A stretch of 64,000 nucleotides of DNA from NCBI GenBank assembly GCA_040954595.2, contig CM082592.2:5880308-5944307 (forward strand). The letters are read 5' to 3'. A program made the translations under genes and the position numbers. Every line of letters starts with the position of its first letter. Positions within the stretch are counted from its first letter, which is position 1. Below are positions 58,201 to 64,000 of the stretch, in pieces. Under the pieces are notes generated by a model. That model did not search any database. It was not told the DNA's origin and saw only the letters and a program-made list of their open reading frames with translations. Source of the stretch: Balanoglossus misakiensis (Eukaryota > Animalia > Hemichordata).

Positions 58201-61200
58201 TTAACTCTGCCTGCAATTTTTGTCATCACTGGCACTTAGATACCATGACAGTACATCCCACTGCTTGCTTGCTTTGTATAAGGCATCACTTTGCTGTGTT
58301 GTGGTGTGGTGTTGCATTGTGTTGTGCTTTGTTGTCTGGTTTGTTTTGTTGTTGTGTTGTATCATGTTGTGTTGTTGTGTTGTGTTGTGTGTTTTGTTGT
58401 GTTCTTTTTATGTTGTTGTCAAAAATGGATTGTTGCTTTGCTTTGTACGCAAACACATAAACTCACGCATAGACAGACAGACAGTTTCTTCCCTCCCCCC
58501 CCCCCCCCCAAAGCAAGAGGTTATCCCGAGTCAACAAACTTTCTGAAACCCAAACGAGAGCACTGACACTTCAAAATGACAACAAACGCTAAACCTCAGA
58601 CCACCATGAGAAGATGATTACCACTAAACTGCTTCGATATCGCAAACTACATGCGGGCAAAGTAAAACAATACATCACTCTGGATATTCCAAAATGTGCG
58701 TTTATCCCCTTGAAAGGATATTTTTGACCATAAAGCTCAATGCCCGCCCACAGGAGAGTCGCTTACCGAGGTTTTTAAATGTGACATCTTGTAGGAATAC
58801 TGCCTGATAAGATGTCAGTGTTATTGCTACAATGTAAGACGATAGCCTCCAGATGTTCTGATTGGCACGGAATACAATAACACAATACTTTAAGTGATCG
58901 GTGATATACTTTTTAAGACCAATCTGTGTTTGCGCAGAACAATGACTGCATAGAACGTGACTGCAGTCGATGACATGTCCTGGAAACTTCTCGGGAAATT
59001 TGACAGCGCTAACTTGCTTGCTTCCCACACACTTTCTGATCCGCACTGGAGTGTCTGTCACAGAACCAGAGACGCCGTCTGTGGTGGTTTATTTGCGAGT
59101 GTGAGAACGGGGGCATAACGATGTCGTAACTATGGAAATCACAACCATAGTTAACAGGTGATAAAGTGAGTGATACAGTTAGCTGTAAAACAAATACTTC
59201 AGTGAGATAACGTCATAAGGTATATCTGATATATAAATGAGAAATGTGAAGTAACTTGTAAAAACTGATACACTATCTGTCGGCTTTTTTATGACTTCCA
59301 TGGGTATGAGTTTCTTGTTTTTTTTTTGTCCACAAATCTGTCTGCGTGGACAGGGTCTTGCTTGGGTTGTAGATACTGCACTGTAAGATAACATCTCACC
59401 TTAAACCACAGTTCTTTGCACTTTTTATTTCAGCATTTTTATTTTATTTTAAAATTAAAGAAAATAAATGAAAACTTTGAAGCCGGCGGCAATACTAATT
59501 TTCGGATCAGATTTGGAAAGCTAAATAATCCTGTGATTGGAATTCAAAATGGCCGCCAGGCTTTATAAGGAAGTTTCCTTGATCGGGCTTGGTGTCAAGT
59601 TCAAGATGATAAGTAAATCAAGACAGCAGTTAACTTGGCTTGGCTTTAGCTATACTGACAATGCAAGTGTATATTAAGTAATTAATGTCAAGTGTGTGTA
59701 CAGTGTGTGTGTATGGTAGTGTGTAGGGCAATTTATGAGAATGTGTATCTTGGAAAATTGGTGCAACACCCAGAACAGAAATGTTTTCATCATACATTTT
59801 AATTTCAGATCCGCTTATACATTCAGTCAACAATAACCCGTCAGTGAAGGTTCTGTCGCCAACCGACAACGGTGGTACCCACTACATAGCAGAGTCAAGC
59901 TCAAATCCGTCGTCGACCACGTCATCCACTCCGTCAAGTCCGGCACCGTATGTTTCCATGTCAAGTCTATCACCCCAGAGTCCGGCTCAGTCAAGTCCAC
60001 TAAATCACAGTCCGGCCCATTCGGTGCCCATCTCCTTGCCCAGACAGACACACTTTGATTTCCCTGGTAAGTTTGAAACTATCTTGTTTCACATTTTAAA
60101 ATTGTCTCCATAGTGACAACACCAAGATTGGCGGCCATTTTGAATTTCAAATGAGAGACAATTTGAGTCAATGTTGCTCTATCATTCGAAATTTTGCACA
60201 GTGACCCCTAATATTAAAAAAAGTTAAGATTTTCTAGGGCAAAGTCTTTCCTCCAAGTTTTTTTTCGCTGTTTGACAGTCTTGTTGAATTGAAAACAATA
60301 CCTTAGTGTGGATCCAGTTCAAATAACCCATTTGCATCCTTCTGTCTTCACAGAGTTCCAGCCAAATCATGTACAAAGTGAAATTCTCACCCCAACACCC
60401 ACGTTGTAAGTATGCTTCAAATCTTCAATGCCATCAGTAATTTCTCAACTACTATTATTATACGCTTTATTATTAAGCATTTTGTGTTTTTCACATGCAA
60501 AAGAACAAAATTTATGTTTCACTTATAATACGGTACATTTCTTTGCGTTTGTAGCATTACTATCGAGACACATGGTGATACCACAGATGGCATTGATGTA
60601 AGTACACAGTATTTCACTTAGAAAGCCTTACCTAAGACTGTCCATCATCAACGGTGACACTGACAGAAACAATCGCTTCCATCAGACCTGTTTGTATCAG
60701 TTAAAGAGGAATGACATGCAAAGATACAAATTTCATTCAAAGAGAGCTCAATGTAAATAAAATATATTTTGTTCAGTCGATCCAGATTGGAAGGGATCTT
60801 GTCCATTCCACCAGCAATTTTTATCACACGTGTGGTCTTTGGTGGTTGGGTAAATCCACACGCAGTGTTATGCGGGTGTGATAGGTTACAGTTTGGTTTA
60901 TATAGGAATGTTTTCAACCGTAGGACCACAAATATGCATGTTATTCTGTCAAAATGTTTTTCACCCTTAATGTTTGCGTCCGTTTTATTTTCACCGTGGT
61001 GCAGACGGACTCTGAGAGGACATTGCCAAGCAAAGTGGACTCTATCGACAGTCAAGCGTCTGACATTGACCTTGACCAGAGCTGGTCACGAAAAAGTGGG
61101 GTAAGCGATGAACTTGTAATGTCTACCAGGCATCTGTTCTTCATCTCATGTGTGGTGGCTCCAGTGACAGGCGACTGAAATTCTGACATATTTGATGTTC

Positions 61201-63555
61201 CATTGATCTGACAAAATAAAACTTAACTTTATACTTTTTTTTTATTTTCAGCGCATTCTTTCTGAATGGGACATCCCCTACGAGGAGTTGGTTCTGAGTG
61301 ATTTAATTGGGTCTGGTAGACTGGGTAAAGTGTACAAGTAAGTAAATAGTCTTCTCAACATCACTGAAGGTACAAATCCAGATTAGACAGGGTTTGGTTC
61401 AGACAGGTTTGACTGGTGTTCATTATACACATGAAGATTTATCAGGATGTTAGGTGCAGTACATTGTACTAGTAACTTATGGATTATATGCGATTTCTGT
61501 TTTTTTTCTCTCCTACAGAGGATATTGGCATGGGGATGTTGCCATTAAGTTATTTAATGTAGATACTGACAATGATTTACAGTGGAAATCTTTCAAACAA
61601 GAGGTGAGCATCTGAAAATCTTTATCCAACTTACACGTGGAGCATGTTCAATAATTTTCAAAACTTTTGGTGTTGGAATGTCTATCAAAATACTAGTACA
61701 TGTGAACCAACATATGATATTTAATACTGTAAATCTCACATTTCTTCAAACGTTTTGCAAGATTTTGCGAGCTTGCACAGGTCCTCTGTCATGAGGTCAC
61801 GTCATAGGTCACAGTTCAAAGGTCATAATGTAACTCCGTTCTCTGACTTGCAGGTGTCAACTTTTAGAAAAACAAGACATGAAAACCTTGTATTATTTAT
61901 GGGGGCTTGTATGAACCCACCGCATCTAGCAATTGTAACTAGGTAAGTGAAGTAGTTTGAATGAATTTGACGGATTCCTGGTAAATCTTACTTTCACTCT
62001 ACAGGGTCTGTGCTTGAACCAAGTTGAACTATTCTTCTAATTATGCATGGAGTTTTTCTGTACGCCTTTTAATCATCGTTGTAGCTTGACTACATAGTGT
62101 GACGTTCAACCACGTTTCTCTTTCTATTTTTTCCAGTTTGTGTAAAGGCAGTACTTTGTATTCACAAATCCATATATGGAAGGAGACTTTTCTTTTACAT
62201 AAAAGTGTTCTTATTGCTACACAAATAGCACAGGTGAGTGGACACCAGTCGGTCTTGGCGTCATTTTCCTTTGCACTGTGCCCTCCAAGCGAATATGACA
62301 TGTCGGTGTTGGAAGAAAAGTATTCATATTAAAGGCATAGGACAGACCCAGAAAACAGGTTACATGTGTTAAGACTCTGGTGTATGTTGTTACTTCTTTC
62401 AGCATGAAGTAATCATGTACCATAAAATGGCTATTGATTAGCATATGTAAATGTGTGCATGTGCGTGTGTTCATACATGCATGTGTGTTATCAAAGTGCT
62501 GACTGCGGTCTATTTCTTACAGGGTATGGGGTATCTCCATGCAAGAGGCATTGTACATAAAGATTTAAAATCCAAGAATATTTTCTTGGATTCAAGAGAC
62601 AAAGCGGTCATTACAGACTTTGGCTTATTTAGTGTTACAAAATTGTGCGAAAATGACAGGTAAGTCTGAGCACTTTTCTGCCAATGAAAAAAATGACATT
62701 TCCATGGTACGACCAAACACTGGCGTTTCAATTGTTGAGTTTCTATCCTATAATCTGTCAATGGCAACCAACATTTTGCCGTCTTCTTTTTTGTGTAGGG
62801 GTGGCGACTGTATACGAATACCAGAAGGATGGCTGTGTTACCTAGCACCGGAGTTAATTACCTCGTTAAGGATAACGGAGCAAGGACTTGACAATGAACT
62901 TCCCTTCTCAAAAGCATCTGATGTCTATGCCTATGGGTGAGTATTCCTTGTCCTTGGTCAAGGCTGTCTGTTTGAGATAACCTGTCAATTGAACATACAC
63001 TGTATACATACGTATGTAAGTACATACGTGCATCCACACACACACCTGCATTAGGTTTCTTGGTACATATTTATTCAACTGAAGTGTCCTTCTCCAACCT
63101 CTGTCAATTTCAGTACCATATGGTATGAACTTCTTGCTGGGGAGTGGACCTTCAGCAACCAGCCGGTAGAGTCCATTATCTGGAAGGTGGGAAAGGGTAT
63201 GAAGCAATCACTAGGTCATCTTCAAGCATCAAGAGATGTCAAGGTAAGTGTGAAAATGAAACGATGGATAGGTACATGGTAGAAATTTGAACGGAAAAGC
63301 TGTTGTCCATGGTGAAGAGAATACCTAACTGCTCTGTCTCAGTGTCTGGTAAACATGATTCTCCAAAAATGACAACCTGTTATTTGTTGTCACCCTGTGC
63401 AGGACATCCTCATGATGTGTTGGAGTTACAAGCCGGAGATCCGACCGACGTTCGGCGATCTGATGAAGACGTTGGACCGGCTACCAAAGAAGCGTCTCAC
63501 ACGGAGCCCCTCGCACCCTCTTCACCTGTCAAGATCGGCCGAGTCGGTTTTATGA
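49215..63555 (+). CDS. KSR: Kinase suppressor of Ras (CA1/CC-SAM, Pro-rich, C1, Ser-rich, kinase domains), ~19-20 exons
   Basis: Exon 1 (49215-49367) [12 protein letters not shown]...LAGLRTQC...IREAE, then [11 protein letters not shown]; [11 protein letters not shown]; TPPPTP; C1 domain HRFTKK...CDYC...CKECKYICHTKC; [58 protein letters not shown]; ends [17 protein letters not shown]. Confidence 0.95.
55572..55664. mobile_element. piggyBac-type MITE, copy 2 (KSR intron)
   Basis: TTAA|CCCTTTCA...TGAAAGGG|TTAA with the same internal sequence as 35908-36001. Confidence 0.8.
58290..58420. repeat. Degenerate (GTTGT)n simple repeat in a KSR intron
   Basis: Directly visible low-complexity array. 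It produces the spurious Cys/Val ORFs. Confidence 0.85.
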
Positions 63556-64000
63556 TAATCACTGATAACCGCAAATCCGCTGTTGCCAGACTGAACTAGG
63601 CCACTTCCCTTTGCTTGCCAGAAACTGTGCTGTACACAGAGATAACACGGGCATTGATAATAATCAAAAGGGTGTATTAAGCAAAAAAAATTGTGTCAAT
63701 AATGGCCAGAATGAGTTACCATGGTAATCCAGGCACTTGCCTTTCGCATCTGCTGACAAACTGCAATGAAATGTACGCCAAGTTGCCCGCTTTTGATCAG
63801 GTCACAACCGCAGATCCTACCTTTAAAAGTTTCCATTCTAATTCTTGAAATAGTCGCTGAGATACAGCCATAATTTTGCTTCTCTTGTGAAGAAGCCATT
63901 GATTTTTTTTTTCAGTATTTTTCCAGACTCTGTTACCAGCATTGGGAAGTGGTCTAAGGATGAGAATATCAGAGGGGTGGGGGAAAAGTCTCAAGAAGTT

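Noticed and set aside
58155-58566. Cys/Val-rich ORFs suggesting a metallothionein-like peptide
   Set aside because: Translation of a (GTTGT)n simple repeat within a KSR intron.

Overview
Gene-dense, intron-rich eukaryotic (animal) genomic DNA, most consistent with an invertebrate deuterostome (species not determinable from sequence). Gene order: possible 5' end of an unidentified minus-strand gene at the left edge; FAM43-like PTB adaptor with an intronless CDS (-); a 7SK snRNA gene (+, ~11710-12081) invisible to the ORF track; TLCD3/FAM57 (+); malectin (-); TYW1 (+); POP5 (-); POLR2M/Gdown1 (-); two tandem DUSP11/PIR1-type RNA 5'-triphosphatases (-); PPM1D/Wip1 (+); RFC5 (-); KSR (+). Exon chains were traced by hand. 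Most notable: (1) a spliced, in-frame chimera joining an intronless DUSP11 catalytic domain to an eIF4H/eIF4B-like RRM, next to an intronless paralogue with a repeat-rich N-terminus; (2) the 7SK gene; (3) a highly self-complementary POP5 intron 1; (4) a duplicated splice acceptor that could add a second set of zinc ligands to the KSR C1 domain; (5) two U12-type and two GC-AG introns; (6) a RFC5-KSR head-to-head pair and POP5-MLEC linkage also seen on human 12q24. No CRISPR, rRNA or tRNA was seen. Most short ORFs in the track are intronic or antisense noise.
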